Origin: Candidatus Liptonbacteria bacterium
GTDB taxonomy: Bacteria > Patescibacteriota > Minisyncoccia > UBA6257 > 2-01-FULL-56-20
DNA length: 62,631 nt
Direction: 5' to 3'
NCBI GenBank assembly: GCA_016182105.1
Contig: JACOXZ010000010.1
Location: 1 to 62,631 of the forward strand
The notes beneath the pieces were generated by a model that worked only from the letters and a program-made list of their open reading frames with translations, searched no databases and was not told the origin of the DNA. A program made the translations under genes and the position numbers. This document shows positions 50,413 to 59,868 of this stretch, piece by piece (the stretch's first letter is position 1; every line of letters begins with the position of its first letter).

Positions 50413-51632
50413 ATGATCTTTATCTCTGGTATCGGCACGATGAACCTTCCTCCTCCTTTTTTGTATTCGTGAAGCTCCTTCATATTAACCACCTCGTGAG
50501 TGATGTTCCAACAGAGCACGAGGAGATAATCGGGATGCCTTTTATAAATCTCATCTAGGGAATGCACGAGAAGATGTGTTCCTGGAGTGTATAGGCCCTG
50601 TTTTGCCTTGGAATAATCGACGATGAAGTCCAAAAAATTACTCCCTATCCCGAAATAATTCAGTAATATGTTCCCCTTCGCCGGCGCACTGTAGGCGGCA
50701 ACCGACTTGCCCTCGCCTTTAATTCTCGTGAGCAGGGAAGTCAGTTCACTCTTTAGGCGAACCGCATTCTCTTCTATCTTTTGATATGTCTCAATTTTAT
50801 CAAATCCAGCCTTCATCTCTTGGGCAAGAATATCCTTAACTGCGTTTGTCTTCGAAAAAGTCCCAGGATGCGAAGCAAATATACGAAGCGATCCGCCCTG
50901 CGCCCATGTCGTTTCGGCATCGTATAACTCAAGGCCTGCGTTAGTAAACAGGTTAGTGAGCGCGAGCAGCGAATAATAAAACACATGCTCGTGGTAGATC
51001 GTATCGAACTTGTTTTCCGTGAGTCCCTTGATATACGGAAATTCGAAGATAGCCGTTCCCTTCGGCCTCAAGACCATCTTTACACCCGTGAGGAAATCAA
51101 CTATCTCCGGCACATGAGCCAAAACATTCGCACCAAAGACGATATCCGCACAGATGTGTTGCTCAAGCACGAACTTTCGCGCGAGCGCGGCATTGAAAAA
51201 TTCGGGGACGGTTGGAATGCCTTTTTTATTTGCGGCCTCCGCGATATTTTTCGCCGGATCCACGCCAAGCACCTTAATGCCTTTTTCTTTAAAGAACTGG
51301 AGCTGTGCCCCGTCGTTTGAGGCGATCTCAAGCACTAAACTTTGCGGAGTAAGGGAAAACCTTTCCGTAAGGTAATCTGCCGTTTCCTTGCAATGCGCGA
51401 GAAAGGCGCTCGATACGGAAGAAAAATAAAGATAGTGCCGAAAAAGATCTTCAGGCGGGACGGTTTTCATGAGCTGTACCAAGAAACACCGCGAGCAAAA
51501 GCCGACGCTCAAATCGAACTTTTTCTCAGAAGAAATTTCCTCCTTTTTTAAAAAAGAATTTACGAGCGGCATATCGCCCAGCGAGAAAAATTTGGTGATT
51601 TGGTTTCCGCAATTTCTGCAATTTCTATTCAT
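50409..51632 (-). CDS. NDP-hexose C-methyltransferase (TylCIII-like; zinc-ribbon + SAM MT + C-terminal domain)
   Basis: CRNCGN...LGDMPLVNSF...FCSRCFLVQL at the N-terminus and a 407-aa three-domain length. Confidence 0.8.
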   Translation of the reverse strand: MNRNCRNCGNQITKFFSLGDMPLVNSFLKKEEISSEKKFDLSVGFCSRCFLVQLMKTVPPEDLFRHYLYFSSVSSAFLAHCKETADYLTERFSLTPQSLVLEIASNDGAQLQFFKEKGIKVLGVDPAKNIAEAANKKGIPTVPEFFNAALARKFVLEQHICADIVFGANVLAHVPEIVDFLTGVKMVLRPKGTAIFEFPYIKGLTENKFDTIYHEHVFYYSLLALTNLFTNAGLELYDAETTWAQGGSLRIFASHPGTFSKTNAVKDILAQEMKAGFDKIETYQKIEENAVRLKSELTSLLTRIKGEGKSVAAYSAPAKGNILLNYFGIGSNFLDFIVDYSKAKQGLYTPGTHLLVHSLDEIYKRHPDYLLVLCWNITHEVVNMKELHEYKKGGGRFIVPIPEIKII

Positions 51633-51737
51633 GGATTTTATTTGTAATCCCGGGCGTTAGCCGAATTCCTTTTAAATATATCACTCGCCATCGTTACCGC
51701 ATAATGCTCCTTATAAATTTAATGCTAGAATAACTCT

Positions 51738-52871
51738 ATGGACGCTGTCTATAAAAAATCACTTGAGTTTCATAAAAAACACGGTGGAAAATTGGAAACT
51801 CGGAGTAAGGTGCCGCTCAAAAACGCCGACGATCTTTCGCTTGCCTACACGCCGGGCGTTGCCGAGGTTGCGCGCGCGATCAGCAAAAATAAAAACGAGG
51901 TCTATGATTATACGCTAAAACGCAACTCCGTAGCCGTCGTCTCCGATGGCTCCGCGATCCTTGGATTAGGAAATCTAGGCTCACTCGCCGCAATTCCAGT
52001 GATGGAGGGCAAGTCTATTCTTTTCAAAGAACTCGCCGGCATTGACGCGTTTCCCATCTGCCTCGATACGCAAGACGTGGATGAAATCGTGCGCACCGTA
52101 AAAAATATCGCTCCGGTATTCGGCGGCATTAATCTTGAGGATATTTCAGCACCACGCTGTTTTGAGATAGAAAAACGCCTAAAAAACGAACTGGACATTC
52201 CGGTAGTTCACGATGATCAATGGGGCACATCAATCGTAGTCCTTGCTGCCATTGTGAATGCCATAAAACTTAAAGGAGTAAAAAAAGAAAGCGTGAAAAT
52301 CGTGGTGAATGGCGCCGGGGCCGCTGGTACGGCAGTCGCGAAAATCCTTGTTTACTACGGATTCCCCGATATTACGATCTGCGATAGCCGGGGAATTATC
52401 TCTAGAGAACGCAAGGACCTTAACGAATCAAAGATTGAACTCGCACATCTTACGAATAAATCCGCGGGGAATCTTGAATCGGCGGCCAAAGGAAGCGACA
52501 TATTGATTGGCGTAAGTAAAGCGGACCTGTTTACTTCAGCAACGATTCAGGGCATGAATAAAAAACCTATCGTGCTTGCGCTCGCCAATCCAATCCCTGA
52601 AATAATGCCGGATGAAGCTCTGGCGGCTGGCGCATTTATTGTCGCAACAGGAAGATCCGGCTCCATAAATCAAGTGAATAATTCTCTTGCATTCCCGGGA
52701 ATCTTCCGCGGAGCGCTGGATAATAAAGTGAAGCAAGTAACGATGACTATGCTCGTTCGTGCAGCAGAAAATCTAGCCTTCTGTGTCACAAATCCCGCAC
52801 CAGACAAAATTCTTCCTCTTCCGCTCGACAAAACTGCTGTCCTAGCGGTCGCGCGTGCTATCAAAAACTAA
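51738..52871 (+). CDS. NAD(P)-dependent malic enzyme (short form)
   Basis: LSLAYTPGVAEVARAI...VVSDGSAILGLGNLG...NGAGAAG. Confidence 0.9.
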   Translation: MDAVYKKSLEFHKKHGGKLETRSKVPLKNADDLSLAYTPGVAEVARAISKNKNEVYDYTLKRNSVAVVSDGSAILGLGNLGSLAAIPVMEGKSILFKELAGIDAFPICLDTQDVDEIVRTVKNIAPVFGGINLEDISAPRCFEIEKRLKNELDIPVVHDDQWGTSIVVLAAIVNAIKLKGVKKESVKIVVNGAGAAGTAVAKILVYYGFPDITICDSRGIISRERKDLNESKIELAHLTNKSAGNLESAAKGSDILIGVSKADLFTSATIQGMNKKPIVLALANPIPEIMPDEALAAGAFIVATGRSGSINQVNNSLAFPGIFRGALDNKVKQVTMTMLVRAAENLAFCVTNPAPDKILPLPLDKTAVLAVARAIKN

Positions 52872-52883
52872 TTAACCGAATTA

Positions 52884-53609
52884 TTACGCGTATTTTTTGT
52901 TAGCCAACCTATACCGCTCTGGGGTACCAATATCTATAAGCTCTCCTTCCACGGGAAAACCGTACATTGCGCCACCTACAAGCTTCGGAAAAAAATCATT
53001 CTCCAGGGAAAACGGCCCTTCCGGCATGAGCTCGAATGACTTTTTCTCCATAAGATATACGCCCGCATTCATGAAGTGTGTTCTATTTTCGTTCGCCTTT
53101 TCATTAAACCCGCCGATTTTCCCATCTTCCTTCAAAAATACGGCGCCGTAGTCCTTTTCTTTTCGCGGCCTGGCGAGTACTACTGTGGCCAACGTATTTT
53201 TCTTTTTATGAAAATCGTGGAGCTTATGCAAATCTATTCCACCCTCTATCCATGAATCTCCGTTCATCACGAAGAAGTGGTCACTTGTTATTTTGGATTC
53301 AGCGTTCTTTATTGCTCCTCCCGTGCCGAGAGGTTTTTCTTCTTCGGAAAAAACTATCTCTCCCCACTCGGAATGTTTGATTTTCTTATGCAGAATGTAG
53401 TCTATAACTTGTTCCTTAAGATGCCCGACACATAACACCGCTCGTCCTACGCCTTGAGAAAATATCCTATCAAGAAGGGTTCCCAAAAACGGCTGGCTTC
53501 CGACCTTCATAACCACCTTCTGGCGTCCTGGCAGAATACCCTGAAGCCTGGTGCCTAACCCCCCGCAAAGTACAACGGCATCTATATTTTTTAAAAAATT
53601 TTGGTTCAT
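52884..53609 (-). CDS. sugar-1-phosphate nucleotidyltransferase (second HddC-like)
   Basis: AVVLCGGLGTRLQGILPGRQKVVMKV. Confidence 0.8.
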   Translation of the reverse strand: MNQNFLKNIDAVVLCGGLGTRLQGILPGRQKVVMKVGSQPFLGTLLDRIFSQGVGRAVLCVGHLKEQVIDYILHKKIKHSEWGEIVFSEEEKPLGTGGAIKNAESKITSDHFFVMNGDSWIEGGIDLHKLHDFHKKKNTLATVVLARPRKEKDYGAVFLKEDGKIGGFNEKANENRTHFMNAGVYLMEKKSFELMPEGPFSLENDFFPKLVGGAMYGFPVEGELIDIGTPERYRLANKKYA

Positions 53610-53621
53610 TGATGGAACGGC

Positions 53622-54638
53622 CTACTCGAGTCGAATCGGCGCTCCGTAACTATCCGTCGGGTCAAAGTGGATAATTTGGCTTCCCGCGCGCTCAAATTGA
53701 AAAGGAACGTGAAGAAATTCTCCCAATTTTTTCCGTATGGCAGGTTGAATCTCCGGCTCCGCGAAAAGCAGCATAAACCCGCCTCCGCCAGCGCCTAAAA
53801 GTTTTCCGCCGATAGCGCCGGCTTCGCACGCCGTTCTATACATCTCATCGATATGCGGGTTTGTGATCTTCGAGGAAAGCCCCTTTTTTAGCTGCCAGGA
53901 TTCATCTAGGAGCTTGCCGAAATCCTTAAGATCCTCGGAAGCGCTCAATACTTTCATCGCCTCTGGGACCAGAGCCGCCATCGCGCGGAGCTCCTTTTCT
54001 TTATTTTTTGTATTCTTAATCTGTTCAGCGGCAATATCCGACGCATCACGCGAGAAACCAGTAAAAAAAAGCATCAGGCGGCCCTGAAGGGCCTCGAGCT
54101 TCTCCGCTGTGATGGCCAATGGTGTTACCCTAACTTTTTCCGGACCACCGAACTCTATTTTATTCAAACCTCCGTGGGCAACCGCAACCTGATCTTGGGA
54201 CCCCACATTTTCTTTGATAAGATTCTGCTCCACGTGGATCGCATCCTTGGCAAGCTGCTGCTTTGATACAAGCTTGCCTTGAAGACCATAGAGCCCATGG
54301 AGGAATCCTACGGTAAAAGCCGAGCTCGAACCAAGCCCAGACATTGCTGGCAAATCAGAATTGTGCTGCATCTCGATCCCACCCCTCATCTTCATAAACT
54401 TAAGACACTCACGCACCGAGGGATGCTTGATCTCTTCTATCGTTTTCGTGTGCTCTTGCACCGTATAACGTATCTGGTAGTTATGCGGGAAAAACGGCGG
54501 AAGATACCTGCACGTAATATAGCAATACTTGTTTATGGTGGTTGAAAGCACCATGCCGCCGTTTTCTTCTGCCCACGACGGATAATCTGTGCCGCCGCCG
54601 AAAAAGGAAACGCGAAATGGAGTCTTGGTAATAACCAT
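53622..54638 (-). CDS. GHMP-family sugar kinase (second HddA-like)
   Basis: TPFRVSFFGGGTDYPSW...MSGLGSSS...GKLLGAGGGGF. Confidence 0.8.
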   Translation of the reverse strand: MVITKTPFRVSFFGGGTDYPSWAEENGGMVLSTTINKYCYITCRYLPPFFPHNYQIRYTVQEHTKTIEEIKHPSVRECLKFMKMRGGIEMQHNSDLPAMSGLGSSSAFTVGFLHGLYGLQGKLVSKQQLAKDAIHVEQNLIKENVGSQDQVAVAHGGLNKIEFGGPEKVRVTPLAITAEKLEALQGRLMLFFTGFSRDASDIAAEQIKNTKNKEKELRAMAALVPEAMKVLSASEDLKDFGKLLDESWQLKKGLSSKITNPHIDEMYRTACEAGAIGGKLLGAGGGGFMLLFAEPEIQPAIRKKLGEFLHVPFQFERAGSQIIHFDPTDSYGAPIRLE

Positions 54639-54676
54639 AATAGTAAAAACAATATATCCTTAACCACTCTGGAATG

Positions 54677-55954
54677 TCAAAAAACGGAGGATGGCTGTTC
54701 TTTCGGGTTAAGCTTGAGGAGCAATATGCCAAAAAATACTCCGAGCGTGAACCACAAATGGCGGAATAGGAAAGCATCGGCGAAAAATATATCGAGAAGA
54801 ATAAAAATTGCCGCCGCTATCCATGCCATTTCGCTATCTTGCATCTCAATTCTTTTTTCTCGAAAAACGCGGAGTGCGCTGTTACCCAATCTAAAAATAA
54901 AAAATAAAAACAATATGAATGCCCCTAACCCTCCATACACAATAACCTCGAGATAGCTGTTAAATGATTGGTGGTTGAAGCGCTCGACAATACCCGCGCC
55001 TAGATCTACGAAGGGAGCATCAGGGGTGGCAATGACGAGTCCGAGACCGAAAGGTTTACTAATAAAAAATGGGGTAGTTTTTATCCAAATCTTTGTTCTA
55101 ATCTGATTCTCAAGGGGACTTTGCGCCAGGGTTGTGATACGATGGGCCGTTCTTTGAAAAGCAACTCCATTTTGTGCCGCAAGAAGCCCGTACCCCATAA
55201 GGAAAGCGAATATAGTGATACAGAGAATACGCAGCGCTTTCTTCTTTTTGCGTTCCTTTAGGAGCGCAAAGAGACACCAGGCGACGATACCGAAAGGCAA
55301 AGACACCCAAACAGACCGCGTCGCGCTCCAAAGAATGAAATTCGCGATCATGCCCAACCAGAGCCCAAGAACAACTCTCTCTAATCGTTTTTTTGACTCG
55401 AGAAATAACCCTATCCCCGCAAAGAACACGACCCCCATCCAAAGTCCGAAAATAATCGGGTTCTCTTGGAATATTCCTCCGAGGCGACCCCCGGATCCTA
55501 CGGAAATAAAAATATTTTCATTATATGGCCCGTCGAAATAGACAGGAAGCATAACCAATGTTGATATCAAAACCGCCCTGCTTATATACCTAACGAGAAT
55601 CGGGTAACAATATACAGCAATTGCAATGGATATAAATACAAAAGAGTTGAAGAGGAATCTGGCGTAATTAAGTACGATATAATAACTCATCGCAATACCG
55701 TAATTAAAGTAATTAAATATTTGACCAGCTATAAAAAGACAGAAAAGACCGCCTAAAATAAGGCAATATGGCCGGAGAAACGGCCATATGGTTTTTAGAG
55801 ATTTTATCTTAGTTGCAATTGCCAACAGCGCTAAGGCAAGAACAATATCAACCAGTTGCGGCGAACGAGGCATTCGAATAATAAAAAAAAATGCGGCGAT
55901 CGATACCGCTCCGATGATCCATCGGGAATCTTTATTCATAAAAAAATTATCCAT
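54677..55954 (-). CDS. polytopic membrane protein, O-antigen ligase/polymerase (Wzy)-like
   Basis: 425 aa with about 10-12 TM segments, inside the glycan cluster. No strict motif verified. Confidence 0.5.
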   Translation of the reverse strand: MDNFFMNKDSRWIIGAVSIAAFFFIIRMPRSPQLVDIVLALALLAIATKIKSLKTIWPFLRPYCLILGGLFCLFIAGQIFNYFNYGIAMSYYIVLNYARFLFNSFVFISIAIAVYCYPILVRYISRAVLISTLVMLPVYFDGPYNENIFISVGSGGRLGGIFQENPIIFGLWMGVVFFAGIGLFLESKKRLERVVLGLWLGMIANFILWSATRSVWVSLPFGIVAWCLFALLKERKKKKALRILCITIFAFLMGYGLLAAQNGVAFQRTAHRITTLAQSPLENQIRTKIWIKTTPFFISKPFGLGLVIATPDAPFVDLGAGIVERFNHQSFNSYLEVIVYGGLGAFILFLFFIFRLGNSALRVFREKRIEMQDSEMAWIAAAIFILLDIFFADAFLFRHLWFTLGVFFGILLLKLNPKEQPSSVF

Positions 55955-55997
55955 TCACGAAGACAGTATACAGTTTAACAAATTATGAATTTCTTTT

Positions 55998-56936
55998 TTA
56001 TTGAGACGAAAGTTCGCGCACAATGCTTTTATAGTCAATGTCCATTGCGTCTGAAACAGGATTCAGCCAGTTATCTCCAAGCTTACGTTTTATGAAAATA
56101 TCTTTTTTAAGACTGATGCCGCGCGCGGCTGCGAGCAAAGAAAAACAGGATAAATTCTCGCTTTTGCTGTCGTCGAACACGACTAGCTTTCCTGTTTTGC
56201 GTACGCTCCTCAAAATCGGCTCCCAGTCAATAGGAGTCATATAGCTTACATTAAAAACCGCGGGTTTCAAGCCGGTTTGTTCCATTTCGAGGCCGAGCTG
56301 CCAGCCGTACGGGAAGGAAAAATTAAAAGTGACGATCGTCGCATCGCTACCGTCCCTATACTGCACGAACTTCATATCCTTGTCCGCAAGGATCGGCTCT
56401 CCGGGATCGATAATATCGTCTTTATACATCCTCTGACTGAAACTTATAATGCGGAATCCGGGTCTGCCAAAATGGATGTCGATGATTTTCTCTGTGTCAT
56501 ACTTATTGGTAACCGCGTAGCCATCAATCCTCGCCATAGAACAAAAATCCGCGAAGTTATTGGAACTCGACTGTGGCCCTTCATATCCCATATCAACCGT
56601 GACTGGCAATATCGTGAATGAGCCCTTAGCGTGCTTGCTATTTCTTATGATGTTATAGGTGTTAACCAGCTGATCAATGCCCAAGAAAAGAAAATCAAGT
56701 TGTTTCATGAAGAATGCCGCCTTCCCGCCGCCAAGCATCACGCCGAACCCAAACCCGACAAGCGAATTCTCGGTGTTTGTCGTATTGATGATCATGCCCG
56801 TCTCTTTTACCGCAAATCCTTTCGTAAAACCGCTGATACGGGAGCCGGCGCTAACGTTCTGACCATAAACCACGAGTCCGTCGTGCGAACTGACCGCATT
56901 ACGCAGAACCGCGTTGACGTGTTCAAGATATTTCAT
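55998..56936 (-). CDS. divergent E1 beta-like (transketolase C-terminal-like) subunit
   Basis: 312 aa. NTTNTENSLVGFGFGVMLGGGK, in the position of the E1-beta EagfvG motif. Follows an E1-alpha-like gene. Confidence 0.65.
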   Translation of the reverse strand: MKYLEHVNAVLRNAVSSHDGLVVYGQNVSAGSRISGFTKGFAVKETGMIINTTNTENSLVGFGFGVMLGGGKAAFFMKQLDFLFLGIDQLVNTYNIIRNSKHAKGSFTILPVTVDMGYEGPQSSSNNFADFCSMARIDGYAVTNKYDTEKIIDIHFGRPGFRIISFSQRMYKDDIIDPGEPILADKDMKFVQYRDGSDATIVTFNFSFPYGWQLGLEMEQTGLKPAVFNVSYMTPIDWEPILRSVRKTGKLVVFDDSKSENLSCFSLLAAARGISLKKDIFIKRKLGDNWLNPVSDAMDIDYKSIVRELSSQ

Positions 56937-57034
56937 CCCGTTAGAAAATTAACAAACATAGTTTTATTGTTGGATTAATTTGCTGATTAAGTGTTTTCTT
57001 GTGGTAATTCATATCTCTTTAATTTTCTAACGGG
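56937..57034. repeat. stop/start-bridging inverted-repeat element, copy 2 (98 bp)
   Basis: CCCGTTAGAAAATT...AATTTTCTAACGGG (14-bp arms), between the stop at 57037-57039 and the start at 56936. Confidence 0.85.
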
Positions 57035-57036
57035 AT

Positions 57037-57960
57037 TCATGCTATTTCTTTTTGGAGCGCGGTAAATTGCCTGCGCGCGTCCTCTTCTAAGACCGACTGG
57101 TCAATGTGTTTTGTGAGAACAAATATCGGATCTTCGTCGCTCTGTTTAATCAGGGGCCATTCATTCAAGGCAACTTCCGGAGCAGGACCAGAGTGATAGT
57201 TAATGAACTCGCCTTCCGGAAACTCCGGAGAACTTGGCAGGCGCCGTTCACCGAGCGTGGCCACCCTCACTTCAACGCACGCTGGCGCTCTATCCTCTAT
57301 AGTAAACTTCTTAATGTCCTTTAGGGTATCTATGTAACGATACGGGTCATTGCCCTCAAGATGGATGTAGCGGATGTTCATAGATTTTGCGAGAAGAGAG
57401 AGGTCAATATGGCAACGCCTCTGGTCAATACGAGTGGACATGGACCACTCATTGTTCTCTATCAAAAAAATGACAGGGAGTTTCATACTTTGCGCCATGA
57501 GTATATTTTCGTAGAATGACCCCTCTTCTATGGCACCGTCCCCCCCCATAACGATGGTCACGTTCTTTTTGCCGGCTACCTTACCAGCCATCGCGAGGCC
57601 CACCGCGACCGGAAACTGATTGCCAAGGATGCTTGATGTAAAAACAATATTCCTTTCTGGGTTTAAAAGATTCATTGAGCCGGAGTGTCCGGCATTGAGT
57701 CCCGTCGGCTTCAAAAAGTATTCGTCAAGAATTGGACGCAGCTTCCCCGCGCGGGCGAGATTATAAGCTATGTTGCGGTGCGTGGGGAGCAAGTTGTCAT
57801 CCTTTTCTAAAATCTCGCTCACAGAAACCGCGATAGCCTCATGACCCAGCGCAAGGTGAACAGACACCTTAAGTTTTTTGGCTTTATACTCTTCGTTCAC
57901 GATCATCTGACTGATACGCAAACGAATAATCTCTTCAGCAATTTTATTTTTTGAATTCAT
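57037..57960 (-). CDS. TPP-dependent E1 alpha-like subunit
   Basis: LGHEAIAVSV...GHSGSMN...IVMGGDGAIEEGSFYENILMAQSMKLPVIFLIENN. Confidence 0.8.
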   Translation of the reverse strand: MNSKNKIAEEIIRLRISQMIVNEEYKAKKLKVSVHLALGHEAIAVSVSEILEKDDNLLPTHRNIAYNLARAGKLRPILDEYFLKPTGLNAGHSGSMNLLNPERNIVFTSSILGNQFPVAVGLAMAGKVAGKKNVTIVMGGDGAIEEGSFYENILMAQSMKLPVIFLIENNEWSMSTRIDQRRCHIDLSLLAKSMNIRYIHLEGNDPYRYIDTLKDIKKFTIEDRAPACVEVRVATLGERRLPSSPEFPEGEFINYHSGPAPEVALNEWPLIKQSDEDPIFVLTKHIDQSVLEEDARRQFTALQKEIA

Positions 57961-57964
57961 CTCG

Positions 57965-58864
57965 TTAAGATCCGAGCGTGCTTGTATAGGGATCGATGGT
58001 CTTTATGCCTTCTTTAAAACCGATCTCTGGTTTCCATCCTAAAAGCTCCTTTGCTTTTTTATTGGAAGGGTTGCGCATATTCGCATCGTGAGGATTCGAT
58101 TCTATAACCTTCACTTTTTTATGAAACAGCTTCTCGCTTTCACTTACAACATCCCCCATCGTTATCATCTCATCGCCTGAAAGATTGAATATCTGAAAAT
58201 CGTTCCTGCCAAAAGCCAGACGGATGCCTCGAGCAATATCTACGACGTGTACAAAGCGGCGGCCTGACTTACGGGAACGCATAAGCGTCACGGTGTCATT
58301 GCGCTTTACGTCATCCGCGACAGATTCCACGGCACACCAATCATCTTTGCGGGGCCCGTAGACAATAGCAAAACGTAAAATAGTTACCGGGATGAATCCA
58401 CGCTTATATTGCTCGCGAAGGTTCGCTTCGCTCACGAGCTTTGAAAGCGCATATTCGGAGGTGTGGCCTGTGATATCAATGAACGAATCTTCATCTTTTT
58501 CTTCATCACCCACGAATTTCTCATATACCCATTCGCTTGAAGGAAATATGAGTTGTTTCGCTTTTTTCGCCTGGGCTATGCGCATCACATTCAGGAGCCC
58601 CATAACATTCGTCGCGAAACATTCATACGGCTTGCCGGCGCACTGGCTGTCGCGCGAAAGTGCGGCAAGATGCACAATCGCGTCTGCATCTTCTGGAAAA
58701 CTATCGGCAATTGCAGAATCTCTGACGTCACCGATCTTAAACCCGTAAGAAAGTTCATTCTTCTTAAGAAGATCGAAGCCAATAACTTCAATGCCCTCCC
58801 TCAAACATTGTCTAACTAGCTCTGTTCCTATGAAACCCTCAGATCCGGTTACGATGATTTTCAT
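57965..58864 (-). CDS. NAD-dependent epimerase/dehydratase
   Basis: MKIIVTGSEGFIGTELV...YALSK. Confidence 0.85.
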   Translation of the reverse strand: MKIIVTGSEGFIGTELVRQCLREGIEVIGFDLLKKNELSYGFKIGDVRDSAIADSFPEDADAIVHLAALSRDSQCAGKPYECFATNVMGLLNVMRIAQAKKAKQLIFPSSEWVYEKFVGDEEKDEDSFIDITGHTSEYALSKLVSEANLREQYKRGFIPVTILRFAIVYGPRKDDWCAVESVADDVKRNDTVTLMRSRKSGRRFVHVVDIARGIRLAFGRNDFQIFNLSGDEMITMGDVVSESEKLFHKKVKVIESNPHDANMRNPSNKKAKELLGWKPEIGFKEGIKTIDPYTSTLGS

Positions 58865-58984
58865 CCCGTTAGAAGCAGATCGCGATCAACACGATTCTGC
58901 AAGGTTATTTTATGGCAACGATTATGCATCGGGTAAAATTATAGTTTTAACAATTTTAACAAAGCGATCGCGGCTTCTAACGGG
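58865..58984. repeat. stop/start-bridging inverted-repeat element, copy 3 (120 bp)
   Basis: Its termini are identical to copy 1 (23 nt on the left, 20 nt on the right). The upstream ORF stops at the TAG inside the arm (58977-58979). Confidence 0.85.
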
Positions 58985-59864
58985 ATTCATAGTCACGAAT
59001 TGTTTTTTTAATTCCTGTTTTTATATCAACCAGCGGACGCCAGCCGAGATCTCTACGTATATTTTTGAGCCCCGCATAGGCTGCATTCTGAAGTTTCCCG
59101 CGCGATGTACGGAAAAATGCGTTGTAATATTCCCTACTCGCTCCCATTTCTTTGCAGACCATCTCTGCGATGTCTCGCACAGGCGTGAGGTGGCCCGAGC
59201 CCAGGTTGTAAGTCGCACGACCCTTCCCACGCAGGGCGGCATCTGCAAACGCCCGCGCCACATCCGACACATATATGAAATCACCCTGTGCGAGCGGATA
59301 CTTGAGCCGAAGCGGAACATTTCCTAGAACGGTGCGCATTATGTATGGTATAAGTGAGCCGGTCCTTTGTCCATATCCATAAGGGTTGAAGGGACGCAGC
59401 CAGATAAAATCCATATTTCTTTCCTTCGCAAGCTCCTCTCCCATAAGATGAAGGGCGTGTTTCGCTGCTGTAAACGCAGTCACTGGCGTAATGCTCATTT
59501 CCTCGTTAAGCTTGCCGATGCTCTTCCCGTATTCAAAAGAGCTTCCAGCCGCAACTATTTTCTTACAGCCGATATCTGCAAGAGCGGAAAAAATATTAAG
59601 ACTTCCCTCAAGGTTTTTCACGCTTTGTGCGTATGAAAAATCGGGAATGCCTTCCCAGGCGAGATGAACCGCAACGTGAGGCTTGAATTTTTTAAGCCGC
59701 CCTTTCCATTTCGCGATGTCAGAAAGATCGCCTTTTATAAAATCGATGCCGCGCTCCTGATGGTTTTTGCGGGAGAGCACAAGCAGACGATGCCCCCGTT
59801 TTTTAAGTTCTTGAATCGTGTAACGGCCTATAAAACCAGTGCCTCCAGTCACGAATACCCTCAT
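58977..59864 (-). CDS. NAD-dependent epimerase/dehydratase
   Basis: MRVFVTGGTGFIGRYTI... Confidence 0.85.
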   Translation of the reverse strand: MRVFVTGGTGFIGRYTIQELKKRGHRLLVLSRKNHQERGIDFIKGDLSDIAKWKGRLKKFKPHVAVHLAWEGIPDFSYAQSVKNLEGSLNIFSALADIGCKKIVAAGSSFEYGKSIGKLNEEMSITPVTAFTAAKHALHLMGEELAKERNMDFIWLRPFNPYGYGQRTGSLIPYIMRTVLGNVPLRLKYPLAQGDFIYVSDVARAFADAALRGKGRATYNLGSGHLTPVRDIAEMVCKEMGASREYYNAFFRTSRGKLQNAAYAGLKNIRRDLGWRPLVDIKTGIKKTIRDYESR

Positions 59865-59868
59865 TAAA

